Positions 23,201 to 32,925 are shown, numbered from the stretch's first letter. The stretch is 64,000 nt of DNA from Allosphingosinicella sp. (GCA_035719905.1 DASTFN010000044.1:4711-68710); one strand, 5' to 3'. Translations and numbers: made by a program. The notes: generated by a model from the sequence alone, not told the origin.

Positions 23201-23461
23201 GCGCGAGATCGAGCGGCTATGGTCGAGGCCGGGTATCCCAGCCAGCGACGTTTCGAGCGGGAAGGTGACCAGCCGCTCCATGTCGAGGGGCCCGAACTGG
23301 GGCGCCGAGACGTTCACCTGCACCTGCTTGTTGGTGATGTCCGGCACCGCGTCGATCGGCAACCGATAGAGCTGGAACGCGCCGTAGGCGGCGACCAGCA
23401 GGGTGACGAACAGCACGGCCCATCGGAAGCGGACGGCGGCGTCGAGAATTCGGTCGATCAT
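20210..23461 (-). CDS. czcA: CusA/CzcA-family heavy-metal RND efflux pump
   Basis: IDAVPDITNKQVQVN, GNLMSLGALDFGLIVDGS, GAEVQKPLAIVVI; 1083 aa. Confidence 0.95.
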   Translation of the reverse strand: MIDRILDAAVRFRWAVLFVTLLVAAYGAFQLYRLPIDAVPDITNKQVQVNVSAPQFGPLDMERLVTFPLETSLAGIPGLDHSRSISRNGFAQVTAVFDEGVDIYFARQQVAERLAQAGESLPADVEPQMGPVSTGLGEVLMWTVGFAPTATARNPKIAGRPGFQPDGSYLTPEGEQLSDEVSRLAYLRTVQDWVVRPQLRTVKGVAGIDSIGGYEKQFVVQPDPSRLAAYRISFSELAEALERANISVGANFIERGGEAFLVRADARIRHIDEIGRTAVATRSGVPVTVANVATVQVGGELRTGAASINGRETVVGTALMLAGGNSRIVAKAVAERLEEVSRSLPPGVRVTPVYDRSALVEATISTVEENLVLGALAVIASLFWLLGNIRAAIIAALVIPLSFLTMAIGMNQYGVSGNLMSLGALDFGLIVDGSIIIIENCLRRLAERQHGEGRLLTLPERLHEVFEASKEMVRPTVYGQAIILLVFAPLLTFTGVEGKMFTPMAVTVMLALVGAFVLSLTFVPAMVAILIRGKVAEKEVKAILWVKARYEPLLRRVIARPWPWIGAGVGTFVAAGILFLTLGQEFIPQLDEGDLSVQAIRVPSTSLDQSLDMQRRVEWAISSLPEVAFVYSKTGTAEVATDPMPQNVSDSFVILKPEDQWPDGVDGKEAVVERIEAKMASLTGNAYEVSQPIEMRFNELIAGVRGDVAIKVFGDDLGQLERVAARIGSIVGRIEGASDLRVEQTAGFPTLDVQFNRDAIARYGMSMTEVSDTVAAALGGRESGLVFEGDRRFDIVVRLDDRSRDDLEAVGALPVMLPEGVGVRQSVPLSQLASFQVSEGVNQVSRENGQRRVVVQANVRGRDLGSFVEEAQARVGREVQLPPGVFIRWGGQYENLQAASARLTLVIPLVFLLIFGILFMALRSVSAALAVYSAVPLGLAGGVFGLFLAGLSFSISAAVGFIVLSGVTVLNGLVVMTSIRQRMADGVPVADAIVDGMMERVRAVIITGVVPAIGFVPMAVATGRGAEVQKPLAIVVIAGLIVATLLTLFVLPAISRLLLRVRKPHLRGDYEGESIFGRPAEAK

Positions 23462-23462
23462 C

Positions 23463-24671
23463 TCAATGCTCCGCTTCGCTGGCGCCGAGCTGCGACTTCA
23501 GGACGAAGGCACCTTCGGTGACGACCGTGAGGCCGGGCTTCAGGCCCTCGAGGATCTCGACTCGCCCACCCGTGCGCCGGCCAACGGTCACCGGCACTGC
23601 CTGAAAGCCGCCTTGGGCCTGAACGAAGACGACGTCGCGTCCCTCGACCTGCTGCACCGCCGCTTCGGAAAGCACGACGCCGCGGGTGACACTGCCCTGC
23701 GGCACGATCCGCACGCGCACGGCCTGGCCTTGGGTGAGCGCGGCAGGCGTGCCCAGCGGCTGGAGGACGACCGTTGCGGCGCGGCTCTCCGGATTGAGGG
23801 CTGGCGTCGAAGAGCGGACTACGGCCTCGACCGTGGCCCCGCCCGGCAGCTCCACCACCGCGCGGTCCCCGGGCCGGATACGTTGCGCGTCGGCGGCGGG
23901 TACGGCGGCATTGATCTGGACCCGGCGCGGATCGGCCACGTTGAAGAGTTCGGCCCCCGCCGAGACGAAGGCGCCGAGCTGGGTATCGACCTCGGTAATC
24001 CGGCCCGAGATGGGGCTGCGCACGGCAAGGTAGCGGCCGTTACCCGTCACCCCCGCCGTCTGGACCGCCACCTGGGCCCGTTGGACCTCGATCTCGGTGG
24101 CATCATGGGCGGCCCGAGCCGCCTCGAGCGCCTCGCGGGACGTGACCTTTTGCTGGAACAATCGCTCCTCGCGCGACCAGGAGGCATGGGCCGCCCGCTC
24201 GCGAGCCACGGCCGCATTCCGCTCGGCGATCAAGGCGGCGGCCTGGCGGCTTTCGAGAAGGGCGACCGTCTCACCAGCGCCTACGGGGTCTCCGAGCCGC
24301 TTGTTGATCCGGACCACGGCGCCGTCGGCCCGCGCGGTGAGCAAAGCCTGGCCTTCGGGCGGCGCCGCCACCGTAGCCTGGGCGATGATCTCGGAGGCCA
24401 AGGAGCCTGCTTCGATCCTCGTAGTGGCGATACCGCTGGCCTGAAGCCGGGCGGGCGTCATCTCGACGAAGCCCTCGCGGCCGTGACCCTCCTCCCCGGC
24501 ACGGCCCTCCTCGCTCTCTCCGGCAGTGGCCGTGACCGCGACGTCGGTGCCGCCCTGTGGCGCCGTGGACCGTCCGATCAGCACCCCGCCCACCCCGGCG
24601 GCCAGCGCAACGGCGGCGACCCCGGCGAAGAGTTTGCGGCGGTCCTCCATGACGATGTCGATGATTTTCAT
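23463..24671 (-). CDS. czcB: RND membrane fusion protein
   Basis: N-terminal TM, barrel-sandwich VRSPISGRI, VVTEGAFVLKS; upstream of the RND pump. Confidence 0.9.
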   Translation of the reverse strand: MKIIDIVMEDRRKLFAGVAAVALAAGVGGVLIGRSTAPQGGTDVAVTATAGESEEGRAGEEGHGREGFVEMTPARLQASGIATTRIEAGSLASEIIAQATVAAPPEGQALLTARADGAVVRINKRLGDPVGAGETVALLESRQAAALIAERNAAVARERAAHASWSREERLFQQKVTSREALEAARAAHDATEIEVQRAQVAVQTAGVTGNGRYLAVRSPISGRITEVDTQLGAFVSAGAELFNVADPRRVQINAAVPAADAQRIRPGDRAVVELPGGATVEAVVRSSTPALNPESRAATVVLQPLGTPAALTQGQAVRVRIVPQGSVTRGVVLSEAAVQQVEGRDVVFVQAQGGFQAVPVTVGRRTGGRVEILEGLKPGLTVVTEGAFVLKSQLGASEAEH

Positions 24672-24682
24672 GGCATGGATCC

Positions 24683-26023
24683 TTATTGGGCCGCAACGCG
24701 ACCGAGCTCGGCGGTGGCGAGAGCCTGGGCGAGACGGGCTTCGACCAGAGCGAGCTGGGTGGCGCGGTAGGCGTTCTGGGCATCGAGCAGCTCGAGCATC
24801 GTCGCCCGGCCCTCGCGGTAAGAGATTTCGGTGAGGCGAAGCGCCTCTGCCCCCTCGGGCACGGCAGCCCGCTCCAGCGCCTCTACCCGTGCCGCGGCCG
24901 CCTCGACCGCGATGATGGCGTTGCGGGCCCGAACCCGCGCCGAGGCGGTGACGCTCGCGAGGTTCGCTTCGGCGGCTCGGACGCCGGACCTCGCGGCGGC
25001 GATATTGCCCTGGTTCCGGTCAAAGATGGGCAGGGGCATCGAGACGCCCGCAACGAGACCGACGTCGCCGCTCTCGCGGACGTGGCGAACCCCAAGGCCC
25101 ACGGCGGGGTCGAGTCTCCCGGAGGAGACTTCCCGCCCGACCTCGGCTTCGGCCCGCAGGCGCTCGGCCTCGGCTAGCCTCACCTCGAGGCTCAGCTCCG
25201 GATTGACCGTCACTGGTTGAAGATCGAGCAGGTCGCCCGTCACGGTTTCCGGCGGCTCGGTCACGCCGAACAAGGAGGCGAGCGTTCCCCGCGCGGCCTG
25301 CTCCTCGGCACGAGCGGCCTCGACCTCGGCCCCAGCCTGGGCCGCGGCCGAGCGGGCCCGGACCGCGCGCAGCGGCGGATCGCGGCCTTCCTGGACCAGG
25401 ATCGTCTCGACCCTCGCCAGCTCGCGGGCGACCCCTTCGTTCTGGATCGCGATCCGAAGCCGCTCGCGCGCCGTCACCGCCCGGGCGAACTGCTGGCGGA
25501 TGGATTGAGCGAGATCAGCTCTTGCTATGGCGAGCCGCAGTTGTTCGGCGATCAGGTCGGCGCGGGCGGCGGCGACCCGGGGGCGGCGCCGCCCGCCGAG
25601 ATCGAGCCGCTGGTTGACCGAAAGCGTCGTCTCGGTCGACTTGAGCCCCGATAGCTCGCCGGTGCCGAGGAGATTCTCGACCTCCAGGCTCAATTCCGGA
25701 TTGCTGCGGAACCCCGCCTGACGGATCCGCGCCTCCGCCGCTTCGACCCGCGCTCGCGCCGCGACTATCGCCGGGGAGCGCGCTTCCGCCTCCCGAAGCG
25801 CCTGGTCGAGCGTCAGGGAGGCCGGAAGCGGACCTTCAACCGGGGCGGGGCCGGGAAGCCCTCGGGACCATAGCGGCGGCGCGGGCGGGCCGGCAGGACG
25901 AGGTGCGCTCGGCGAGCCTACTTGCGGCGTGGCGGGCGTGCTGACCTGCGCCTCGCCCACGGTGGCGAGCATTAGGCAGGCGGACGCGCCCGCGGCGCGT
26001 GCCCAGCATGGTGATAACGGCAT
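24683..26023 (-). CDS. czcC: TolC-family outer membrane factor
   Basis: NPELSLEVEN, PLPIFDRNQG, YREGR..LELLDAQ. Confidence 0.9.
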   Translation of the reverse strand: MPLSPCWARAAGASACLMLATVGEAQVSTPATPQVGSPSAPRPAGPPAPPLWSRGLPGPAPVEGPLPASLTLDQALREAEARSPAIVAARARVEAAEARIRQAGFRSNPELSLEVENLLGTGELSGLKSTETTLSVNQRLDLGGRRRPRVAAARADLIAEQLRLAIARADLAQSIRQQFARAVTARERLRIAIQNEGVARELARVETILVQEGRDPPLRAVRARSAAAQAGAEVEAARAEEQAARGTLASLFGVTEPPETVTGDLLDLQPVTVNPELSLEVRLAEAERLRAEAEVGREVSSGRLDPAVGLGVRHVRESGDVGLVAGVSMPLPIFDRNQGNIAAARSGVRAAEANLASVTASARVRARNAIIAVEAAAARVEALERAAVPEGAEALRLTEISYREGRATMLELLDAQNAYRATQLALVEARLAQALATAELGRVAAQ

Positions 26024-26082
26024 GATTCATCCTGAAATCCGACAGCTTCGAGGTCGCCTGCGAACAGGCGGCGAGGCGGATT

Positions 26083-26457
26083 TCAGGCCTGGGGAGGGTG
26101 GTAGGGCCCGTCGCGGGCGAAAGCGGCCAACGGTCGGGCCAGCGCCATCTCGAACGTCTGACGACGGCCTTCGTGGGTCACACTACCGCTGGGAGCGGGC
26201 GGAACCGCGAAGCCATGCGAGGCGTGGCTGAACCCGCAATGGGGCGCCTTGTCGCTGGAATCGTCGCCGTCCTGCCCCGGCGCCGGGTTTTCGAGGCGAT
26301 GTCCGTCCTCGTCGTAGACGGCGGCGGTCTGCGAATGGCCCGCTTCGTCCTCGATGCATCCGAGCTCGGCAAGCGCGGGCGTTACCGACGCGAACGCTAT
26401 GAAAAGCGTCACGGCAGCATGCAGAATCATACGGGACCAGCGGGCCAGAACGGGCAT
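26083..26457 (-). CDS. CzcI-like periplasmic His/Cys protein
   Basis: Signal peptide, HCGFSHASH; first gene upstream of czcCBA. Confidence 0.55.
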   Translation of the reverse strand: MPVLARWSRMILHAAVTLFIAFASVTPALAELGCIEDEAGHSQTAAVYDEDGHRLENPAPGQDGDDSSDKAPHCGFSHASHGFAVPPAPSGSVTHEGRRQTFEMALARPLAAFARDGPYHPPQA

Positions 26458-26526
26458 TGCTTTGCCGAATAGCCGAAAGTCGAACAAGCCGATAGCCTTG
26501 TGATCAATGCACTATGGCCCGAACCA

Positions 26527-27141
26527 CTACAGCCACCGCCGGGTGGCGCGGCGATAGTCTTCATATTCGGATCCGACTGCTTCGCTCAGATGCGCTTCCT
26601 CCAGACGGACTTGGATCTGCATCAGCGCCTCGCCCAGCATCATGACGGCCAAGGTCGCGCCGGTCGGCAGGACGAGGAACAGGCCGAGCAAGGCCAGCCT
26701 CATACCGAGGAAGATCGGATTGCGGCTCAGCGCGAACAGGCCGGTCCTGACCAAAGGCGGCTGGGACGCGGCATCGATGCCGATACGCCACGACGCTCCC
26801 ATCTGAGCCTGCGCCACGACCACCAAGACCAGGGACGCGGCGAGAATGGACCAACCGACCAAAGGAAAGACCGGGCTATCGAGCCACAGCAGGCGACCCA
26901 TAGCCTCGATTGGCAGGCCGAGCGCGATTGGAACGAGGACGATCGGGATGGCCAACAGCGTCAGGCGGAACCACCGCCCGACCAGCCCCTGGGCGCTGTC
27001 GTCGCGAGGCAGCACCAGAGCATTGGTCCCGTGCCGCCGCCACAGGCGCCAGGTCGGCCAGAAAAATGCCGCGAGGAAGAACAGGGCGAAGTAGGCGAGC
27101 AGCGCCATCGCTATCGAAGGGCTGCCACCGGCCGTCATCAT
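26527..27141 (-). CDS. Isoprenylcysteine carboxyl methyltransferase / PEMT-family membrane protein
   Basis: QMGASWRIGID, LVRTGLFALSRNPIFLG, EEAHL..G.EY..Y...RRWL. Confidence 0.85.
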   Translation of the reverse strand: MMTAGGSPSIAMALLAYFALFFLAAFFWPTWRLWRRHGTNALVLPRDDSAQGLVGRWFRLTLLAIPIVLVPIALGLPIEAMGRLLWLDSPVFPLVGWSILAASLVLVVVAQAQMGASWRIGIDAASQPPLVRTGLFALSRNPIFLGMRLALLGLFLVLPTGATLAVMMLGEALMQIQVRLEEAHLSEAVGSEYEDYRRATRRWL

Positions 27142-27144
27142 TTG

Positions 27145-27858
27145 TCAGTCTTGCGAATTGCCGGTAGGCTCGGCCGGTGCCGGTTTGGCTTCCGCCGGTG
27201 CCGGCGCCGAAACTCCAGCCCCGGTCAGTATCCCCTGTAGCTCGGCTAATTCCGCCTGCTGGTCCGCGATGATCCTGCGGGCGATGGCCGCCACTCGCTC
27301 GTCATTCCCCTGCGCCAGCACGATCTGCGACATGGCGATCGCGCCCTGATGATGCGGGATCATCTTGCGGACGAAGGTGTGCGACGTGTCCGAGCCCTTG
27401 GCGGCCATCATCGCCTCGTGCATCTCCTTTTCGGCGGCGCGATAGGGCTGTGCGGACGCGGGATCGGGCGCGGCGTCCTGCCGGATCAGGCCCTGCAATT
27501 CCTCGACTTCCTGCTGCTGCTTTGCAATCACCCGCCGGGCGATGGGGATGACCCTGGTGTCGTAGCCATGGGCGACCTCGATCTTCGCCATCGCGATCGC
27601 GCCCTTGTGGTGCTCGATCATCTTGCGCACCCAGGTGTCGGAGACATCCGCGCCGACCGCCGATACCATCACGTCGTGCATCTTGATCTCGGAAGCCAGA
27701 TACGGGTCGTTGCCCTCGCCGATATCGGAGTCGCTGACTGATTGAGAATTACCGTGACCGGCGGCCTGATTGCCGCCTCCATGGTCCGGCTGTCCGCAGG
27801 CAGAAAGGCTGGCCGCCAGAGCGAGCGCCAGGGCCCACCCCGGAATCGCGTTCTTCAT
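27145..27858 (-). CDS. DUF305 (CopM-like) lipoprotein
   Basis: Lipobox LSAC; two MIEHHKGAI/MIPHHQGAI helical repeats. Confidence 0.85.
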   Translation of the reverse strand: MKNAIPGWALALALAASLSACGQPDHGGGNQAAGHGNSQSVSDSDIGEGNDPYLASEIKMHDVMVSAVGADVSDTWVRKMIEHHKGAIAMAKIEVAHGYDTRVIPIARRVIAKQQQEVEELQGLIRQDAAPDPASAQPYRAAEKEMHEAMMAAKGSDTSHTFVRKMIPHHQGAIAMSQIVLAQGNDERVAAIARRIIADQQAELAELQGILTGAGVSAPAPAEAKPAPAEPTGNSQD

Positions 27859-27942
27859 CTCTCGTCGCTCCGATCTCGCCGGCAAAGGCTGACGGCAACC
27901 TGCGGCCCAAAGACCGTCCGCACCCTCGCTTAGATGCCTTCG

Positions 27943-28146
27943 TTACTGCTGGTGCTGGCCCATGTCGTGGCCGGCATGCTCGTCCTGGCTGGCCTTGCCC
28001 TTGCCGTGCATGTCGCAGCACTTCATTGGCTTCGACTTGTCCTTGCAGCAGCACTCCATCTTCGGCTTCTCGCCCGGCGCGGCCTCGGCATGGGCGATGC
28101 CGGGAACGGCGATCGAGAGGGCGATCGCAGCCATCATCATTTTCAT
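27943..28146 (-). CDS. Secreted Cys/His-rich metal-binding microprotein
   Basis: Signal peptide ending AHA; ECCCKD..KCCDMH..EHAGHDMGQHQQ. Confidence 0.75.
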   Translation of the reverse strand: MKMMMAAIALSIAVPGIAHAEAAPGEKPKMECCCKDKSKPMKCCDMHGKGKASQDEHAGHDMGQHQQ

Positions 28147-28349
28147 TTTTCAGATCCTCCGCAGTCGCTGCGAGATAGGCCGGAATGGCCGATCGTGCAA
28201 CGCATGATGCGAACCGTTCGCAACTAGCCTTGTCCCGGCGGCAGCGCAGGCTTACGTCCCGGTTTCTACCATTCGAGGACCGCCGTCATTCACTGGGCAC
28301 ACCCACAAGGTCGACGCGGCCACCGCCGGCCCGAGGCAGGGCACTGATC

Positions 28350-28640
28350 GTGCCGGTGCCTTCCGAGAGAACAGGTCTTCCTTTGCGTTGGCAGGGCACG
28401 CCCGACGGCAGGAGCCTGGGGAAGCCCATCCAATTCGCCAGGGACTATCTGGCCGCGCGACCCGAGGGCGTCCCTTTTCACGAGCTCGAACACGCCGTCC
28501 GATCCCAGATGGGTGTCCGTAACCGCAGATCTGTGACCAGGCTCCGCTACGAGTTACTGAAGCATGGGGAGGCCATCGAAGTTGGCGACAAGCTCGTGCC
28601 GCTGCGGCTAAGCCGAACCACGCGAGGTGCCCGTGCATAG
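28350..28640 (+). CDS. Small basic hypothetical protein
   Basis: 3' part of ORF 28185-28640 from the GTG at 28350; overlaps the next gene. Start uncertain. Confidence 0.35.
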   Translation: MPVPSERTGLPLRWQGTPDGRSLGKPIQFARDYLAARPEGVPFHELEHAVRSQMGVRNRRSVTRLRYELLKHGEAIEVGDKLVPLRLSRTTRGARA

Positions 28641-29007
28641 ATTCTGCCGGCCAATGCTGCTCTCCCTCTTGCTCGCGGCCGCCTGCTCCGATGGGACGCC
28701 GGAGGCGCTCCCGCCCAGGATCCTCTGCGCCGCCGAGTCCCTCCACCAGGCCCGCGATGCGCCGTCCCGAGCCGAGGAAGACCTGCTGAGGGCGCGATCG
28801 GACATCTTCGCCCGCAAGCTGCCCGCGGACAAACGCCAGCGCTGGTGGACGGAGATCGACCGGCTCTCGGACCGGCGCGGCACGCAGCCGCTGATCGAAG
28901 CCTCGATCTGCGAGGCCCTGCTCACCGATGAGGACCGACGAGGACTCGCTGCCTCGGCGGTTACAGAGGCGAACACCCACCAGGATGCGATCGGAAACCG
29001 CCAGTGA
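28627..29007 (+). CDS. Hypothetical lipoprotein
   Basis: Lipobox LAAAC; GTGA-coupled to the next ORF. Confidence 0.5.
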   Translation: MPVHRFCRPMLLSLLLAAACSDGTPEALPPRILCAAESLHQARDAPSRAEEDLLRARSDIFARKLPADKRQRWWTEIDRLSDRRGTQPLIEASICEALLTDEDRRGLAASAVTEANTHQDAIGNRQ

Positions 29008-29420
29008 ACCAGGCTTCGCCTGCGCCCCGATCTCTCGTCGACATCTTCCGCAAGGGCCGGGAAGAGCAGCGTCTCCATCTCGTGGCCGCGCTCGCCGTCG
29101 CCGCTTATGCCTGGACGCTTCATGGTCTGATCGGCGGCATCCTAACTTTCAGCACCATCGTGATCGCAGCAGCCCTCACCAACCTCGCCATCGCAGCCGT
29201 CGGCGGCGGCCCGAAGCTGGCTCGGATCAGCCGCTGGGCCTGGCTGCTGGCGGTGCTTGCGGCGCTGGTCATAATCGGGCGTCCCGCCGCGGAACGGGAC
29301 TGCGAGATACAAGCCTCGCCCTTCTGGAGCCTGCCGCAGCTCGCCTTTTGCGATGAGGACAAGGAAGCCGCCCGAAGGGCTGCGCATCCAAGGCCAAGGC
29401 CGCACGAACATCTTCCATAA
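29004..29420 (+). CDS. Hypothetical membrane protein
   Basis: Three hydrophobic segments; coupled start. Confidence 0.5.
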   Translation: MNQASPAPRSLVDIFRKGREEQRLHLVAALAVAAYAWTLHGLIGGILTFSTIVIAAALTNLAIAAVGGGPKLARISRWAWLLAVLAALVIIGRPAAERDCEIQASPFWSLPQLAFCDEDKEAARRAAHPRPRPHEHLP

Positions 29421-29458
29421 CCGAGCCGTCGCTACCGTTCAGTCACGCAGGAGGCGGA

Positions 29459-30217
29459 TCAGGAGCTTGGAGCACGCTCTGCTCGAGCGCGACGCCGGCG
29501 CTTCCAGGCATTGTAGCCGAGGCGACTCGGGAACATGACGATCCCGGTTACCATCACCACCAGCGCCAGAGCCGTGGCGACGATCAGGAGCGGTGTGTTG
29601 AAATCCTCATGGTTCCTGAAATCCATGATGTGGAGCGACCAGAGGAAGTCGTAGACCCGCCACAGGGTCGAGCGCCGCGCGGTCACCGCGCCGGTGTCGG
29701 CGGCGACGTAGACGGAACGCTTGGCGCCGTCCTCGAAGTCGACGCGCCAGGCGGGCAGGGCTCCGCGATATTCCGGCGATTCCTCAGTGACGAGAGCGGT
29801 ACGGACCGCGCGGGCCTCGCCGGCCTGGTCGCGTTCGGCCACAGTTACTGCCGTCGCACGAGGGAGGGGCGAGAGGAGGCGGCCGGTCGAGAGGTCGTAG
29901 AGTTTCGGGCGGTCCTTGCCCCTGGACACCAGAGCGACGGGCTTGCCGAGCATGGCGCGAAGCTCGACCTTGTCCCCGGCCGCAGTCCCGCCAGCGCCGA
30001 TCCGTGCGAGGCCCGCGGAGGCAATTTCGAACGGTATTTCGACCGGCGGCACCGCGGCGACGCTATGCTCGCTCCTCACCCGCTCGATCGGCACGACCGC
30101 GAAGAAGAGCCCGCTGACGAACCAGAAGAGGATCTGGATCGCCATCAACAGCGCCAGCCATTTGTGGATCTTGCTCGACAGCTTCGTCACCGACACCGGC
30201 ACACCCCTTATTCTCAT
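29459..30217 (-). CDS. PepSY-domain membrane protein
   Basis: HKWLAL...W..SG, VYVAADTGAV, WRVYDFLWSLHIMDF. Confidence 0.85.
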   Translation of the reverse strand: MRIRGVPVSVTKLSSKIHKWLALLMAIQILFWFVSGLFFAVVPIERVRSEHSVAAVPPVEIPFEIASAGLARIGAGGTAAGDKVELRAMLGKPVALVSRGKDRPKLYDLSTGRLLSPLPRATAVTVAERDQAGEARAVRTALVTEESPEYRGALPAWRVDFEDGAKRSVYVAADTGAVTARRSTLWRVYDFLWSLHIMDFRNHEDFNTPLLIVATALALVVMVTGIVMFPSRLGYNAWKRRRRARAERAPSS

Positions 30218-30256
30218 TCGACAGGGGGCGGGGTCTCGCCCGCCCCCGACAAGCCT

Positions 30257-31099
30257 TCAGTTCGACATGTTCCCCATGTCGTGGCCAGCGTGCGGATCGG
30301 CCTTCTCGGGAGGTGTCGCCTTCGGCTCTACCTTGGGCGCGGCCTTGGGCTTCGGAGTCGCCTTGGGCTGGACAGGCGGCACCGGGGCGATCTTGGTCAC
30401 AGGCCCGGTAGCCGCATCCGTAACGGGCTCCGCCGCAACGGGCCCGGCAGGCGCCGGTTGCCCGCTCAGCATCCGCTCGAGCTCACCAATCTCCTTCGTC
30501 TGGTCGGCCTTAGTCTTCTCGGCCATTCGCCGGACCTCGCCGGTCGCGCCGTTGGCCAGGACGGCATTCGACATCTCGACGCCGCCGCGATGATGCTCGA
30601 TCATCTTGCGGATCCAGATCTCGGACGCGTCGGCGCCCTTGGCCGCCATCATCCGCTCGTGCATCTGCTGCCCGCCGGCCCGATAGGGCTCCCCCGACGC
30701 TGGGTCGGCCGCCCCCTGCTTCGCGAGCTTCTGAAGGTCCTGGATGTCGCGGGTTTGCTTGGCGATCGTCCGCTCCGCCATTGCCCGGGCCTCCGGGGTC
30801 GGGCTCTGCGATAGAAGGACGTTGGACATGTCGACGGCGCCGCGATGGTGCTCAATCGTCTTCTTGACCCAGGTGTCGGAGACGTCGGCGCCGACCGCCG
30901 CCGTCATCGCGTTGTTCATCTTCATCTCGGCCTGGGCGTAGGGGTTCGAGGGATCGGACATCATCCCGTTCTCCATGGCCATGTTGTCCATCATGGCGTG
31001 ATCGTTCGCCATCGCGTCGTTGCCTGAATCAGGCTGGCCACAGGCCGCAACGCCGGCGAGAAGGGCCGCGGCTAGGGTCGTTTTCCAAATCCTCTTCAT
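30257..31099 (-). CDS. DUF305 (CopM-like) lipoprotein with His/Met tail
   Basis: Lipobox VAAC; IEHHRGAV twice; C-terminal DPHAGHDMGNM. Confidence 0.85.
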   Translation of the reverse strand: MKRIWKTTLAAALLAGVAACGQPDSGNDAMANDHAMMDNMAMENGMMSDPSNPYAQAEMKMNNAMTAAVGADVSDTWVKKTIEHHRGAVDMSNVLLSQSPTPEARAMAERTIAKQTRDIQDLQKLAKQGAADPASGEPYRAGGQQMHERMMAAKGADASEIWIRKMIEHHRGGVEMSNAVLANGATGEVRRMAEKTKADQTKEIGELERMLSGQPAPAGPVAAEPVTDAATGPVTKIAPVPPVQPKATPKPKAAPKVEPKATPPEKADPHAGHDMGNMSN

Positions 31100-31141
31100 C
31101 ACTCTCTCCTTCGAAACCAAATTCAGGAAGCCAATCAGTCT

Positions 31142-31786
31142 TCACCAATTCATGTGGTCGATGCCGTGGACCAGCGCGCCGCCGAACCAGCCCTGGACGA
31201 TTATCGCGGCGGTGATGCCGGCCAGTGCTGCGATCATCCCCGGCCGCCGGTCCTCCTCGGGCCGCTTCCAGGCCCAGATCGCCAGCGCCAGGCCGGAAAG
31301 GCCGATCGCCGTGCCAAGCCAACGGTGGACTCGAAGCAGCGGATCTGTGTCGGTCAGCGTCAAGCTGCCGGCGAACCAGCCAAGCACCATCGCCACCGGG
31401 GCAATAAGGCCGCCGGCCACCACGAGGAACTGCACCGGTTTGCCGAACGCCGGCCGCCTCCTGCCGACGACCGCGGTGAACAAGGCCGCCGGGAAGAAGG
31501 CCAGCGGGAAGTGGATGATGATCGGATGAAGCCGGCCCATCCAGTCAAGCAGACGCTCGAACGTGGACATCTTCGTGCGATCCTCATCCATTTTCTCCAT
31601 CATCCCGCCCATGTCGTGGCCGGCCATGGGATTGTTGCCCGTCGCCGCAGCTTCCAGCGATGCACTCTGCTGAGCCGCAGCCGCGGGCTGATCGCGCTCC
31701 TTCCTGTGGCCGAGCGCCGGCGAGGCGACGAGGGTGAAGGCCAGCACCCATAAGGCGAGCAGCGAGGCGATCCGTTTCAGAACCAT
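31142..31786 (-). CDS. DUF2231-type membrane protein of copper clusters
   Basis: LHPIIIHFPLA..HRWLG..GWFGGALVHG. Confidence 0.8.
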   Translation of the reverse strand: MVLKRIASLLALWVLAFTLVASPALGHRKERDQPAAAAQQSASLEAAATGNNPMAGHDMGGMMEKMDEDRTKMSTFERLLDWMGRLHPIIIHFPLAFFPAALFTAVVGRRRPAFGKPVQFLVVAGGLIAPVAMVLGWFAGSLTLTDTDPLLRVHRWLGTAIGLSGLALAIWAWKRPEEDRRPGMIAALAGITAAIIVQGWFGGALVHGIDHMNW

Positions 31787-32925
31787 GCCCTCACTCCCAG
31801 CAGCAGGTTCCAGCCGCCGCGGCGCTCGCCAACCGCTCGCCGGAAGTCAGCCGTGTCGCCAAAGGCGCGTTCGTAGGCGACGCCGACATAGGGCGCGAAC
31901 TCACGCTTGATCTCGTAGCGGAGACGGAGCCCAAGCTCGGCTGTGGAGAGACCCGATCCAATGCCGATCTCCGGCACGTCCTGAGCGGCCAGGTCTAGCT
32001 CGATACGCGGCTGGAGGATCAGCTTCTGGGTGAGGCGCAGATCGCTCTCCACCTCGAAGCGCGCCGAGACATCGCCCTTGTTCGACACGATCGCCGCGGC
32101 ATCGACTTCGAGCCAGTAGGGCGCGAGCCCCTCGATGCCGAGCACGAGATAAGCCCGCTCCGGGTCCGGCCGAAGGTCGTAGCGAACACCCGCCTGCAGG
32201 TTCCACCAGGGATCGATCGCCCGGCTGTAGAGCGCCTGGACCTCGGCCTGCTCAGGCTTGCGCCCGAAATCGCCCTCGATCTCAGTCTTCAGCCAGAGCT
32301 TGTTGATGTCGCCGCCGTACCAGGCTTCGGCGTTCAGGAAGTAGCCGTCGCGGCCGCTCCTGATCCGCGCCTCGAGTTGGTCGATCAGGATCTTCGACGT
32401 CACGATCGAGCCGTGCTCCCGCCGGAGCTCCTCTCGCGCCTCGGCCATCGCCTCCTGCCCGAAGAGTGAGTCCGCCGCGTGATCTGGCCCGGATAGCGCG
32501 CCAGGCGGCGGAGGTGCGACGGGCGGCGCCGGTCTCTGCTCGGCCATCGCGCTCATGTCGTGCCCCGCGTGAGGATCGCCGGCTGGCGGCGTTGATGCGG
32601 GCGGCATCGCATGGCCCGCGTGCGGGTCTGCCGCAGGCGCCGGAGCAGGCACCGGCATGACGTGGCCGGCATGGGGATCAGCGGCGGGCGACGGAGACGG
32701 CATCGGCATCGGCGTCGGCGGAGCAGGCATGACATGGCCCGCATGCGGATCAGCGGCGGGCGCGGCAGCCGGAGCAGGCATGACATGGCCCGCGTGAGGG
32801 TCGGCCGCCGGCTCGGCCGGCTTGGTCTCCTCCTTCGGCGGCGCCGGCATCGTGTGGCCCTCATGTTGGGCGAGCGCGGGGGCCGAGACGGAGGCCGCAA
32901 GAGCGAGGATCAAGATCTTCTTCAT
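31777..32925 (-). CDS. copB: Copper resistance outer membrane protein B
   Basis: Start MKKILIL at 32925; His/Met repeats; W.GGD.NKLWLKTE, GLRLRYEIKREFAPYVG, GVRAWF terminus. Confidence 0.93.
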   Translation of the reverse strand: MKKILILALAASVSAPALAQHEGHTMPAPPKEETKPAEPAADPHAGHVMPAPAAAPAADPHAGHVMPAPPTPMPMPSPSPAADPHAGHVMPVPAPAPAADPHAGHAMPPASTPPAGDPHAGHDMSAMAEQRPAPPVAPPPPGALSGPDHAADSLFGQEAMAEAREELRREHGSIVTSKILIDQLEARIRSGRDGYFLNAEAWYGGDINKLWLKTEIEGDFGRKPEQAEVQALYSRAIDPWWNLQAGVRYDLRPDPERAYLVLGIEGLAPYWLEVDAAAIVSNKGDVSARFEVESDLRLTQKLILQPRIELDLAAQDVPEIGIGSGLSTAELGLRLRYEIKREFAPYVGVAYERAFGDTADFRRAVGERRGGWNLLLGVRAWF

